DNA of 64,000 bases from Lachnospiraceae bacterium (GTDB lineage: Bacteria > Bacillota > Clostridia > Lachnospirales > Lachnospiraceae): assembly GCA_050944475.1 (NCBI GenBank), contig JBMNRD010000004.1, positions 113,963 to 177,962 on the forward strand, read 5' to 3'. How positions within the stretch are numbered: the first letter of the stretch is position 1; every line of letters begins with the position of its first letter. This document shows positions 19,754 through 29,900 of the stretch, piece after piece. Both the position numbers and the translations under genes were made by a program. Below the pieces are notes generated by a model. The model saw only the letters and a list, made by a program, of their open reading frames with translations. It was not told the DNA's origin and did no database searches.

Positions 19754-19813
19754 GATTGTATCACGAATAGAGGCAAGTTGCAATACAACACATCGATATA
19801 TCCGTCATGCGAA

Positions 19814-19841
19814 GCAAAAGAGCCGACCGTTGTCGGCTCTT
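19814..19841 (-). terminator. rho-independent terminator downstream of ftsH
   Basis: 10-bp stem AAGAGCCGAC / GTCGGCTCTT with a 4-nt loop. A U-run follows on the minus strand. Confidence 0.7.
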
Positions 19842-19935
19842 GAAAAAGTAAAATATGAACGTCCGGACGCTATAGTATCATGACGTCATAAGTCACGGTG
19901 CCATGATATCCCGGCATCCGTGACGTCAATTCCTC

Positions 19936-21804
19936 TTAAAGCTCCGGAATTCCCTCGACTTCATCAGTGTTAACAGCGTCCTCGCGCCGGAAAAGGCCCT
20001 CGAATTCCTCGCGCATAATCTTTTCTTTTCTTAACAGCAGCTCAGCGCAGGCTTCAAGAATGTCTCTGTTGGCGATGATTATATCCTTTGCCTCCTGGTA
20101 GCAGCGGTCCATTATTTCCTTAACCTCTTCATCAATTTGAGCTGCAATCGCCTCTGAATATGGCTTGGCCTGACCCCAGTCACGGCCGATAAATACTTCC
20201 TCACTGTCGGATGGAGCATAATCAATAGGACCCAATTTGTCGCTCATGCCGTATTTGGTAACCATGGCTCTTGCAATACCGGTTGCCTGTTTAATATCCT
20301 GACTGGCGCCGGTTGTAATATCGTTGAATACCAGCTCCTCGGCAATACGCCCGCCAAAAGCGGCCCTGATGTTGTCAAGCATCTTGCCCTTGGAGTTGAA
20401 CATTTCATCCTTCTCGGGAAGCGGCATTGTGTAGCCTCCTGCCATCCCCGTAGGAATGATGGATACCATGTGGACAGGTCCCACCTCGGGGAGCAAATGG
20501 AAAAGTATGGCATGGCCCGCCTCGTGGAAGGCTGTAATCCGGCGTTCTTTTTCGGAAACCACGCGGCTCTTCTTTTCCGTGCCCACTCCGACCTTTATAA
20601 AGGCCTTGTCAATGTCCTCCTGCTTAACATACAGACGTCCGGAGCTCGCCGCGTTGATGGCAGCCTCATTGAGAAGATTCTCCAGGTCGGCGCCGGAAAA
20701 TCCCACGGTGGTTCTTGCGGTGTTTTCCAGATCAACGTCCTCGGCAAGAGGCTTGTTGCGGGCATGAACTTTCAGAATATCTTCACGGCCCTTAACGTCC
20801 GGCATACCCACAAAAACCTTGCGGTCGAATCTGCCGGGCCTTAAAATAGCGGGGTCAAGTATATCAACCCTGTTTGTGGCGGCCATTACGATAACTCCCT
20901 CATTGATGCCGAAGCCGTCCATTTCAACCAGAATCTGGTTGAGAGTCTGCTCCCTTTCATCGTGGCCGCCGCCAAGGCCGGAACCCCTACGCCTTGCAAC
21001 GGCGTCAATTTCATCTATGAAAACAATACATGGTGCGTTTTTCTTGGCATCTCCGAACAAGTCCCTTACCCGGGATGCGCCTACGCCTACGAACATCTCC
21101 ACAAAATCCGAACCGGAAATATGGAAAAAGGGGACATCGGCCTCTCCGGATACTGCCCTTGCCAGAAGCGTTTTTCCTGTTCCCGGCGGTCCAACAAGAA
21201 GAATTCCCTTGGGAATTCGAGCCCCCACCCTGGTGTACACCTGGGGATCCTTAAGGAAGGACACGACCTCCTCCAGCTCCGCACGCTCCTCCTGAAGACC
21301 GGCAACATCCTTGAATGTAGTCTTGTTATCATTGGGTTCCGAAGTCTTTGCTCGGCTCTTTCCGAAGCTCATAACATTGCCGCCGGCACCGCCCTGACGG
21401 TTGGCGATAACAATGAAAAAGACGAACATTACCGCCAGCATTATCAGCATGGGGAGCAACGCCATGAAAAAACTTTCCCTGGTTACATCCTCAAGAATGT
21501 AGGAAACATTTCTCTCTTTAAGCTCCTCCGTTATTGTGGAAACATTTTCCACATAGAGTACCTTAGTGGTGGAATCCTTAAATGTAATTGTAAGCACGCC
21601 TGTAGGCACTTCGCCGTTCTGATTGATGATAATCTTCTCAACGGCACCCGACTCCAGATCGTCTATCATTTCACTATAGGTATAATCATCGTCAACCCGG
21701 GAGGAGTTCGTTATGAAGTAAACAATGCTGAATACCGCCAAAATGATGATGGCATATATCAGCACCCCTCGAAAACCGCCTGATCCTTTGTTTTTATTAT
21801 CCAT
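19936..21804 (-). CDS. ftsH: ATP-dependent zinc metalloprotease FtsH
   Basis: 622 aa with AAA Walker A GPPGTGKT, the SRH, and the HEAGH zinc motif. Confidence 0.95.
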   Translation of the reverse strand: MDNKNKGSGGFRGVLIYAIIILAVFSIVYFITNSSRVDDDYTYSEMIDDLESGAVEKIIINQNGEVPTGVLTITFKDSTTKVLYVENVSTITEELKERNVSYILEDVTRESFFMALLPMLIMLAVMFVFFIVIANRQGGAGGNVMSFGKSRAKTSEPNDNKTTFKDVAGLQEERAELEEVVSFLKDPQVYTRVGARIPKGILLVGPPGTGKTLLARAVSGEADVPFFHISGSDFVEMFVGVGASRVRDLFGDAKKNAPCIVFIDEIDAVARRRGSGLGGGHDEREQTLNQILVEMDGFGINEGVIVMAATNRVDILDPAILRPGRFDRKVFVGMPDVKGREDILKVHARNKPLAEDVDLENTARTTVGFSGADLENLLNEAAINAASSGRLYVKQEDIDKAFIKVGVGTEKKSRVVSEKERRITAFHEAGHAILFHLLPEVGPVHMVSIIPTGMAGGYTMPLPEKDEMFNSKGKMLDNIRAAFGGRIAEELVFNDITTGASQDIKQATGIARAMVTKYGMSDKLGPIDYAPSDSEEVFIGRDWGQAKPYSEAIAAQIDEEVKEIMDRCYQEAKDIIIANRDILEACAELLLRKEKIMREEFEGLFRREDAVNTDEVEGIPEL

Positions 21805-21821
21805 ACTAAATCTTTCGAAAA

Positions 21822-22340
21822 TTATTCTTTATAGACACCGACAAATGTCAGATCTCTGTATTTCTGGTCAAAATCCAGTCCCCAGCCAACCACGAAGACA
21901 TCGGGAATCTGAAAGCCCACATAATCCGCCTGGAAATCCACAGCCCTTCTGTCGGGCTTATCCAGCAGTGTTACCACCTCCAGGCTGGCGGGCTCCTGCT
22001 CTTTAATCATCTCGGTAATCAGCTTCAACGTGCGTCCGGTATCCAATATATCTTCGGCAATAATTACGTGTTTGTTCTTCAACGGCCTTTCCAGGTCTTT
22101 AGTAATGATGACGTTTCCGGATGACTCCAAACTCGCGCCGTAGCTGGATGCGGCCATGAAATCAATCTCCACCGGGACCGTCATCTCCTGGGCAAGAGCC
22201 GTCAGGAAAAACACGGCTCCGTTCAGGATTCCGATAAGCAGGACTTCCTCGTCCTTATAATTTTCGCTCAGGGCTGCTGCCAGCTCCTTAATCCTGTTCC
22301 TTATTTCCGCCTCTCCGATAAGAACTTCAACACTACCCAT
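21822..22340 (-). CDS. hpt: hypoxanthine phosphoribosyltransferase
   Basis: 172 aa with the PRPP motif VIIAEDILDTGRTL. Conserved tilS-hpt-ftsH synteny. Confidence 0.9.
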   Translation of the reverse strand: MGSVEVLIGEAEIRNRIKELAAALSENYKDEEVLLIGILNGAVFFLTALAQEMTVPVEIDFMAASSYGASLESSGNVIITKDLERPLKNKHVIIAEDILDTGRTLKLITEMIKEQEPASLEVVTLLDKPDRRAVDFQADYVGFQIPDVFVVGWGLDFDQKYRDLTFVGVYKE

Positions 22341-23835
22341 TATTACCTCCGGTTATTGAAACTTCCAGCACCCTGTCGGTCCGGTCAGTTATTTTGTATT
22401 GCTCGCCGATTCTGTACCCCACAACCCACAGTGTACTGTTTATATCACGTAGAATCAGTAGCCGGTCCCTCACTTCAAACGGGATCTTTTCATCCACAAA
22501 AAACTTTCGCAAGGTCTTTGTTCCGCCTGCAAAGGTAATCTCGTCATCCGCCTGGGGTCTGCCTAAAATTAAACTGCCTTTTATTGTATCATAATCAAAC
22601 CATTTCGTGTGTAAAATATTTTTTGTAAGGGCTTCCCTGTCACAAACCGCAATATCCATAACCCGAAAGGTCATTCTGCTGCCGTCTGCCATGATCAGAC
22701 TCTTGTCACCATTCTCCAGTTCCGTCAGGGAAATATTGATGTGAGAACCCATCCGTATGGCAGATGCGTTCTCCGGTTCCGACTGCGGCGCTTCTATTCT
22801 TATGACGATGTTCTCGTAGCTTCTTCTTGCCACCAGACCGTAGGGAAGCTCAATTCTTCTTCCGGTCTGCTTTTCCGCAAGAGAAAGCACATCCATTACA
22901 TGGGTCCGGGTAATATCTTTCGATGTTCCCGCCACTTTGGAAATACAACGGTGAATGACACCGGTTCTCAAGACAATATCATAGTCCGACAAAAATCTTA
23001 CATTAATAACTTCCCTGTCCTCACGGGAGTCCGCGACCTGAATCATGGCAGCTTCGATCTGACGCTCTAAATAGTTATGTATCAGGGCAATTTCGCCGGC
23101 TGTATCGGCGATGTGTTCTGTCGCTCGACTGTTTGCCCGCTGCATCTCCGGTATGACGTTGAGGCGTATTTTGTTCCGGGTATATTCATCGCGGCTGTTT
23201 GTCGAATCCTCAACGAACCGCAAGCCCTCTTTCTTGATATACCGTTCTATTTCCCTGCGCTCCACTTTCAAAAGAGGCCTGATAAAGGTGAGCTTGTCAA
23301 TTTTACTTACAGGCAGCATGCCCTTAAGTCCGCTTATCCCGGTGCCCCTTATCATATTCAGCAGGACGGTTTCGACATTGTCATCCATGTGATGGGCCAG
23401 CACTATCTTGGCCTCGGCAAAAGCCTCACCCCCCGCAAATCTGCGTGCGGCGGCTTCAAACGCTCTTTTTCTTGCCAGCCTTCCGGCCTCCTCGACGCTG
23501 AGTCTTGTTGCTGCTGCCAACTCGTTTACATTGGTATTGACCGCCATACAGGGCACATTTAACTCTTCACACAGGCTCCGGACAAATTCCTTGTCCCTCT
23601 CCGATTCACTTCCGCGCAGCATATGATTAACATGAACGGCGAAGACCTTAAAGCCCAACCGGCTCTCCAGCTTATGAAGGACATGCAGCAAACACACCGA
23701 ATCCCTGCCGCCGGACACGCCGACGATAACGTTCTCTCCGGAACGTACCATGTTATGGTTTTTCAGTTGTTCGGCAATGGTCTGTTCGAAGTCTTTAATC
23801 ATCTTTTCGGAAAATAATCTCGTCCGGATAAACAT
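22333..23835 (-). CDS. tilS: tRNA(Ile)-lysidine synthetase
   Basis: It has the PP-loop VGVSGGRDSV. The start may be the internal ATG at 23802 (MIKDFEQ). Confidence 0.85.
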   Translation of the reverse strand: MFIRTRLFSEKMIKDFEQTIAEQLKNHNMVRSGENVIVGVSGGRDSVCLLHVLHKLESRLGFKVFAVHVNHMLRGSESERDKEFVRSLCEELNVPCMAVNTNVNELAAATRLSVEEAGRLARKRAFEAAARRFAGGEAFAEAKIVLAHHMDDNVETVLLNMIRGTGISGLKGMLPVSKIDKLTFIRPLLKVERREIERYIKKEGLRFVEDSTNSRDEYTRNKIRLNVIPEMQRANSRATEHIADTAGEIALIHNYLERQIEAAMIQVADSREDREVINVRFLSDYDIVLRTGVIHRCISKVAGTSKDITRTHVMDVLSLAEKQTGRRIELPYGLVARRSYENIVIRIEAPQSEPENASAIRMGSHINISLTELENGDKSLIMADGSRMTFRVMDIAVCDREALTKNILHTKWFDYDTIKGSLILGRPQADDEITFAGGTKTLRKFFVDEKIPFEVRDRLLILRDINSTLWVVGYRIGEQYKITDRTDRVLEVSITGGNNG

Positions 23836-24085
23836 ATCCGATGGATTTAGCCTTTTCTTCGATATATTTGCGAGTCTTTACATAAATCGCCTCATCTTCA
23901 AGTTCGACTCGTCTGCGCTCTTCCTCTGCAAGCAGCTGTTCCAATCTTTCCTTGCGTGCCTCAAGCTGCCTGTTCCTGCTGTTCAGCTTAGCAATCTGCA
24001 CACCCATTATTACACAGACGATAGCGGCGATGACCAGTATCATTATGACCAGTATTAATCTTTTTTGTTTCCCTGTGAATCTCAT
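23795..24085 (-). CDS. septum formation initiator (FtsB/DivIC family)
   Basis: 96 aa with an N-terminal TM helix followed by a coiled coil. Confidence 0.7.
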   Translation of the reverse strand: MRFTGKQKRLILVIMILVIAAIVCVIMGVQIAKLNSRNRQLEARKERLEQLLAEEERRRVELEDEAIYVKTRKYIEEKAKSIGYVYPDEIIFRKDD

Positions 24086-24321
24086 AACAGCTCGTACATC
24101 TGAACGGCCTCATCCCTTTTCGGTGACTCCGTCAAGCTCAGGACCTTTGCTCTGACTGTCCTGCCCCCGAATGCAATCTCTATTTCATCCCCGACCTTTA
24201 CATCATAAGATGCCTTGACCTGCCGGCCGTTCACGCTGATTCTTCCGGCATCGCAAGCGTCATTGGCAACTGTTCTCCTTTTTATCAGTCTGGATACTTT
24301 TAAATATTTGTCAATTCTCAT
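24082..24321 (-). CDS. S4-domain RNA-binding protein (YabO-like)
   Basis: MRIDKYLKVSRLIKRRTVA is an S4 motif. The start at ATG 24321 lies within the longer ORF 24082..24396. Confidence 0.75.
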   Translation of the reverse strand: MRIDKYLKVSRLIKRRTVANDACDAGRISVNGRQVKASYDVKVGDEIEIAFGGRTVRAKVLSLTESPKRDEAVQMYELL

Positions 24322-24392
24322 TTTATGCTTCTTTTTCGAAATGGCATTATAGAATGTTGTTGTGAATATTCTAAGGCTTTTCCGTATTGTAG

Positions 24393-24428
24393 TCAAACAA
24401 AAAGCACTCCGTTTTCACAGAGTGCTTT
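24393..24428 (-). terminator. rho-independent terminator downstream of hup
   Basis: 9-bp stem AAAGCACTC / GAGTGCTTT. UUUGUUUG follows on the minus strand. Confidence 0.6.
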
Positions 24429-24445
24429 CATACCGGTGATCAGGA

Positions 24446-24718
24446 TTAGTTAAGTGCATCCTTGAACGCCTTGCCGGCCTTGAACTTCGGTGATTTGGAG
24501 GCTGAGATCCTCATGGTCTCGCCGGTCTTGGGGTTTCTTCCCTGACGTGCGGCCCTCTTGCTTACCTCAAATGTTCCAAATCCTACCAATTGAACCTTCT
24601 CGCCCTTCTTAAGTTCTGCCTGAACGGTATCCGTAAAGGCCTTAAGAGCTGCTCCTGCGTCTTTCTTGCTAATGCCGGCTTTCTTGGCGATTTCAGCAAT
24701 TAACTCAACTTTATTCAT
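24446..24718 (-). CDS. hup: DNA-binding protein HU
   Basis: MNKVELIAEIAKK...GFGTFEVSKRAARQGRNPKTGE. ATG at 24718 follows AGGAGGAG. The tracked ORF is longer. Confidence 0.9.
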   Translation of the reverse strand: MNKVELIAEIAKKAGISKKDAGAALKAFTDTVQAELKKGEKVQLVGFGTFEVSKRAARQGRNPKTGETMRISASKSPKFKAGKAFKDALN

Positions 24719-24883
24719 TTCGCTCCTCCTCGTATAAATGAAATAACCATTTTTTCCCTCTCCCGGAAAAACTGTTTCTATATTTATACCCCATGACCGG
24801 GGCTTTGTCAACGGAAAACATTGAGAAATAGGCATTTTTGACTTGATGTTGACTTTTCACGAACTCTGCAATAAACTGTTTTT

Positions 24884-25492
24884 ATGCGCTTCAGTAAAAA
24901 AGATATTTTCACTATTCCAAATATTATGTCATATTTCAGGATTCTTCTGGTTCCTGTATTTATCATTGTTTATCTTAACGCCAAGGATTTATCCGGATAC
25001 ATCTGGTCGATTGTTGTGGTTGTGATTTCAGCCGGAACGGACGTGCTCGACGGCATCGTCGCCCGCAAACTGAATCAGGTTACGGACCTGGGAAAAATCC
25101 TGGATCCCATAGCCGATAAGGCTATGCAGTTTGCCATTTTGTTTTGCGAGGTTATCAGATATCCGTGGGTGATTCTTTTGATTGTTATCTTTGCGCTAAA
25201 AGAAATTATTTCTCTTATCTTCAGCGGATATCTGTTTGCCCACAACAAAAACATCGGCGGCGCCATATGGTGCGGAAAGCTGTGCACCGTAGTGCTTTAT
25301 TGCGTTATGCTTACCTTCATTGCGTTGCCCAATCTGCCCAAAAAGGTTGAAATAACTCTTGTCCTGATTGCCGGAGCTTTTATGCTTCTTGCCTTCACGG
25401 TTTACATGAGCGCCTATATAAAACTGCTTGTTGAACTACGCCGGGAACAGAGAGCTGCAAAAAAAACTTCCGCTGAAGATTCGCATCCATAG
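24884..25492 (+). CDS. CDP-alcohol phosphatidyltransferase (PgsA-like)
   Basis: It has the D-G-x2-A-R-x8-G-x3-D-x3-D motif (DVLDGIVARKLNQVTDLGKILDPIADK). Confidence 0.8.
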   Translation: MRFSKKDIFTIPNIMSYFRILLVPVFIIVYLNAKDLSGYIWSIVVVVISAGTDVLDGIVARKLNQVTDLGKILDPIADKAMQFAILFCEVIRYPWVILLIVIFALKEIISLIFSGYLFAHNKNIGGAIWCGKLCTVVLYCVMLTFIALPNLPKKVEITLVLIAGAFMLLAFTVYMSAYIKLLVELRREQRAAKKTSAEDSHP

Positions 25493-25560
25493 TTTTTTTC
25501 GCTGAAACTGTTATTCCCCGTAAATTAAATGTATAATATTTTCGAAAGGAAATATTATTT

Positions 25561-26877
25561 ATGAAAAAAATCAGACGCGGCCTGCCCGCTTTATTTGTAA
25601 TTTATATTTTGTTCGGGTTTGCTCAGGCCTCCAATGAATATCGTGTTCTTTTCCTTGAATCCCGGGGAATGTCCGCGACCCGGTGCGGCTGGATTCTTGC
25701 CGGCGCCGGGCTCCTTGGCGCAATCTCCAGACCCCTTGCCGGTGCAATTGCAGACAAACTCCACTCACGCAGAATAGTCTACATCTTATCCATAATTCTA
25801 TGGATTATACTGCTCGCGTTGCTGCTTCTTCTGCAGCAGGTATATATTGCCGATTTTCTGCTCTGCGCAGGGATTGTTCCTCTCCTTAGCATCTGCGAAC
25901 CGGTAACCTACGGGATGATTGAGGCAAGCGGTGTTCAGGCAACAATAAAATATCCCGAAATTGATTACAGCCTGATACGGGTTGCCCTGAGCATCGGCTA
26001 CAGCTTAATCAACTTCCTTTACACTCCTATTATAAACCGTTTCGGCCCGCTGGCACCCTTCGGCTTTACGCTTTTCTTTGTCGTTATTCTGCTGATTTTA
26101 TCCGGGAGTCTGCGACATTTTGAAAGCGGCACTTCGGCGAGCATGACCGATTACAAGGAAGCGAACGCATCCGATCTCAAAGCGGTAAACGAAGCCAATA
26201 TTAATGCGACGAGCACGGCCGATCACAAGGCGGCAAGGACACCTTCCGGCGGCTCCGAAAAGCTCCGTTTCGACCTCCTTTTCAAAAGCTATTATCTTAT
26301 AGTATTTGTTTTGCTTAATTTCATTCTTACCCTGGGCTCCAACACCCAGAGCTATCTTGTTTTCCTGCTGAACCATGTGGAACTTGAAACCTCCCTTGTC
26401 GGCGTAGCCTCGGGGATACGTGTCGTAGGTGAAATAATCATGATGCCCCTTATCCCGCTGATAAAGAGGAAAATTTCCCTGCCGCTTCTGCAGGCAATTG
26501 CCTGCTGTTTTACCATAGTTCAAATGGTTCTGTATATCACTTATCCGGTTCCCGTTATCATTATCGGAGGAATATTGCTTAAAGGCCTTGCCGGCGGCAT
26601 AGCCCTCGGGACCACCGCAGTCTACCTGCGCATGATGGCCCCCGAGGGTCTCGATACTACCACGCTGTCCCTCAGCACGGTAATGATGGGGCTCGGTTCC
26701 ATTGTCGTGAATTTAGCGGGCGGAATGATTATTGACTCCGGCGGCATCATGGTGCTTTACCGCTGTTCACTGATAATTCTTCTGGCCTGGCAGCTTCTTT
26801 ACTTTGCCACGTGGTTTGTGGGTGTGAAAATCCTGAAAAAGACTCCTCCCATGCCCATGTTTTTAGGTAAAGGCTGA
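25561..26877 (+). CDS. MFS-type transporter
   Basis: 438 aa, polytopic and hydrophobic, with a central hydrophilic loop. Confidence 0.6.
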   Translation: MKKIRRGLPALFVIYILFGFAQASNEYRVLFLESRGMSATRCGWILAGAGLLGAISRPLAGAIADKLHSRRIVYILSIILWIILLALLLLLQQVYIADFLLCAGIVPLLSICEPVTYGMIEASGVQATIKYPEIDYSLIRVALSIGYSLINFLYTPIINRFGPLAPFGFTLFFVVILLILSGSLRHFESGTSASMTDYKEANASDLKAVNEANINATSTADHKAARTPSGGSEKLRFDLLFKSYYLIVFVLLNFILTLGSNTQSYLVFLLNHVELETSLVGVASGIRVVGEIIMMPLIPLIKRKISLPLLQAIACCFTIVQMVLYITYPVPVIIIGGILLKGLAGGIALGTTAVYLRMMAPEGLDTTTLSLSTVMMGLGSIVVNLAGGMIIDSGGIMVLYRCSLIILLAWQLLYFATWFVGVKILKKTPPMPMFLGKG

Positions 26878-26891
26878 TTTTTTCATAAAAA

Positions 26892-26930
26892 GGCTGCCGC
26901 ACAGTTTACTCTGCGTGGCAGCCCTTTTTT
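26892..26930. terminator. bidirectional rho-independent terminator
   Basis: 13-bp stem GGCTGCCGCACAG / CTGCGTGGCAGCC with A-run and T-run flanks, between convergent genes. Confidence 0.75.
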
Positions 26931-26953
26931 GTCCGAAAAATATCTTAAGTATG

Positions 26954-29900
26954 CTACATGAAATCGACTTCAATGATTTCCCTGAGTTCGTTGTCACCCT
27001 TCTTGGAAAATGCCGAGAACAACCGTCCGACGTTTCTCTTTTCTGCACGGGCAATCGCCTCGTCCATTAAATCCATTACATCATTATATCCCAGTCGCAC
27101 GGTCGGCTTGTTCAGCTCGTTTATCTTGGCGTGGAGTGCCAGTCTGGCCATGTCATCAAGAATATATCCCCTGTCCTTCGCATAATCCGCAGCAAGATCA
27201 GCCCACTGGATAATGCTTAATTCGTTGATATCTATTCTTGTCTGAATCAGCTCCCTTAATTCCGGGAAATTGCCAAAAATGTTTTCCGCCGCCAACTGGT
27301 TGCCCTCAAGCGCCACTAAACTGTCGTATCGTTTCAGGGAAAGCACTCTTATCAGCTCATTGATTGTGTCATCTTCAAAATAACCTATATTTTCGATAAT
27401 AAGGTCGTTTCCGGCTATCTTCTCAAAGACCTTTTCAAGATTCTTGCCGTTAAGTGCGCCCGCCTGAACTTTGGCGACTGTGCCGTTTCCCCCCTTGAGT
27501 TCTTCCGTGACCGCCTTGATTATGGAAATCGTAAGATAGGTCTTGCCGCTCTTTGCATCACCGGTTATGACTAAATTGCCTCCCGTCCGGTCACCGTTTC
27601 TGATGGTGGTAACGATATGGCTTACCGCATCACACACCATGTCCTCCATGCCGTCTATCAGAAGGTATTCAGCAATTTCTTTCCTTATTGTATCGGACAG
27701 TTCATACCTGTAAGGATGCTTCTCAAAGTGTTTTTCCGCATCGGCGGCGGGCTCTGTGCCCTCTTCATTGTCATACTCGGCATACTCATCTCCTGCCATC
27801 CACTCGGCAAGAGAATCGCCCAGCTCGTCCAGCTCTTCATCGTCGCTAATCGATATTTCCTTCTCCCTAAGGGCCTGCTCGAACTCGGCTATTGCCTTTT
27901 CCGCATCACCTAACCGAGGCTCAACGGGCAAGCCGTTATACGTCTTCGCCTCTTTTTCTTCATCTTCATCAAAATTTATCTCATCGAACGGAACAAATAC
28001 CTCCATCAGCTCCTCGTCCGACATTTCCGGCTCTTCTTCATCTTCGCCTGTAATGTCAATGCTCTCGGGCTCTTTTTCGAATTCTTCCGTCAATTCAGCA
28101 TCTTCCAATGCCGACTCTTCCGGAGAAGACTCCTCGCCTTCCTGCTCCGCAGATAAAATCTCGGCGGCATCGTCTGCTGCCTCTGATTTTCCTTCTGATT
28201 CTTTTGACAAAACTGACGCTGACTCAACCGGCGTAACGTCTGCTATTTTTTCCACTTCTATTCCTTCAAAATATAAATCGTCCATGGAATAGGGCAGTAC
28301 TACAGGAGCCGACAGGTTAACGGCGTTTTGGATTTGCCTCAGCCGTTCCGCTTCCACCTCAGACACCTGATCCATATTTTCCTCAACCTTATGTGAGTAG
28401 ATGTCAAAAACCTCGTCAAAGGACAACTGCCCTTCAATATTCTCATCCCCTGCGGACAGGAATTCAAGATTGAGTGTCAACTGGCTTCCTTCTTCCCCGG
28501 TTAACGGAATATATGATAAATCGACGTCCTCAAGGAAGCTGACATTCTCCGGCCTTTCGGCTCCGCCTTTAAAGGTCTTCGTCCGGCCGGCGGCTTTGTT
28601 CCGTCCCGGCGCCGGCCTGACAACCATGGGTGCAAAGGCTGACACTGCTGCACTAACCGCTCCGAGCTTGGCTGCTGAAGCTGCCGGCAGGTTTATAATC
28701 TCTCCCGCAATAAGACCGGTGTCCGACATCCTGCTGCTTTCAGGAGCGAACTTTTCCGTATGGCGAACCTCGCGGATCTCTTCAGGCACGACAAAAATCT
28801 CCTTCTTTCCTTTATCTGCTGCCTGTATTTCTCCGATCATTCCGGCAGGTTCCTCAGGTTCTTCTAAATCTTCATCCGGCTCTTCAATTTTTTCGGTAAG
28901 CTCCTCGAATTCTATTTCCGCCTCCTCGATTTCTTCGGTAAACTCCTCGAATTCTATTTCCGCTTCCTCGATTTCTTCGGTAAGCTCCTCGAATTCTATT
29001 TCCGCCTCTTCAATTTCCTCAACGGACTCCTCTAAATCTTCGTCCGGCTCTTCGATTTCCTCGATAAGCTCCTCCGGCTCATCGACGGGAACTGCCGGTT
29101 CGGATTCGACATCTGCTCCATTTTCCGCAAGAAGTGCCTCAAGCATTTCCCTATTTAACACCCGGGTCTCTTCTATTTCTCTGTCCTCATCCTCATAAAA
29201 TTCGGGAACGACGGGCTCCTCTTCCATGCGGTCGGGGACAGCAGACCCTTTCATTCTGCGCAAAATCTCACTGCGGCTGATTACCCTTGTATCGGCAAAT
29301 TCTTCCTCTTCAAGGGCGGCCTCCTCGGCAATTATCCTTTCAATCCAGTCTTCTTCATTCTCGGGTTCCGGTTCAACTTCAGGCTCCGCCTCAAATTCAG
29401 GCTCGGCCTCAACTCCGGTCTCTCCCTCCAATGCATCAAAAGTCTTTGCAAGCTTGGCAAACATTTCCCGGGATGTTTCAAAAGTCTCCGCCCCCTCCGG
29501 CATATCACAATCTTCCGGGCTCTCTTCTATGCCGCTTTCTTCGTTATCCCTGTCAAGTCCTGCGACGCTGTCAAGCTCCCGTCTGATTTCATCAATGGGT
29601 ATAACCCTGGTGTCATCTATTTCGTCTGAATCGTGCCCGCAGAGAATTCTCCTGTCAGGAGCGCAACTGTCCTCCGGCAAGAAATCTTCTTCAAGTTTCT
29701 CAAAATATTCCTCTTCGTAATTTTCTTCGTCAAATGCTTCCCCGTCCTCATCCTTAACGTCCTCTCCGTAATCCTCCGGGTACACCACGGTGTATTCCGC
29801 TTTCGGGACCCCGTCCAAAGTCTCCTCGAATATAATTTCCGAAGTTGTTTCCGCATGGACAGGCCGCGCATGTTCCGGGTGCATAAATTCCGACTCCGTC

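Noticed and set aside
28895-29020. Regular 42-bp repeats that could be mistaken for a CRISPR array.
   Set aside because: The repeats are contiguous with no spacers, lie in-frame within a long CDS, and have no cas genes or leader nearby.
28401-29198. 265-aa Ser-rich plus-strand ORF, together with 27756-28292 and 29226-29720.
   Set aside because: These are antisense reading frames of GAA/GAG-rich acidic codons, which become TTC/CTC/TCx. They are an artefact of the polyacidic gene.
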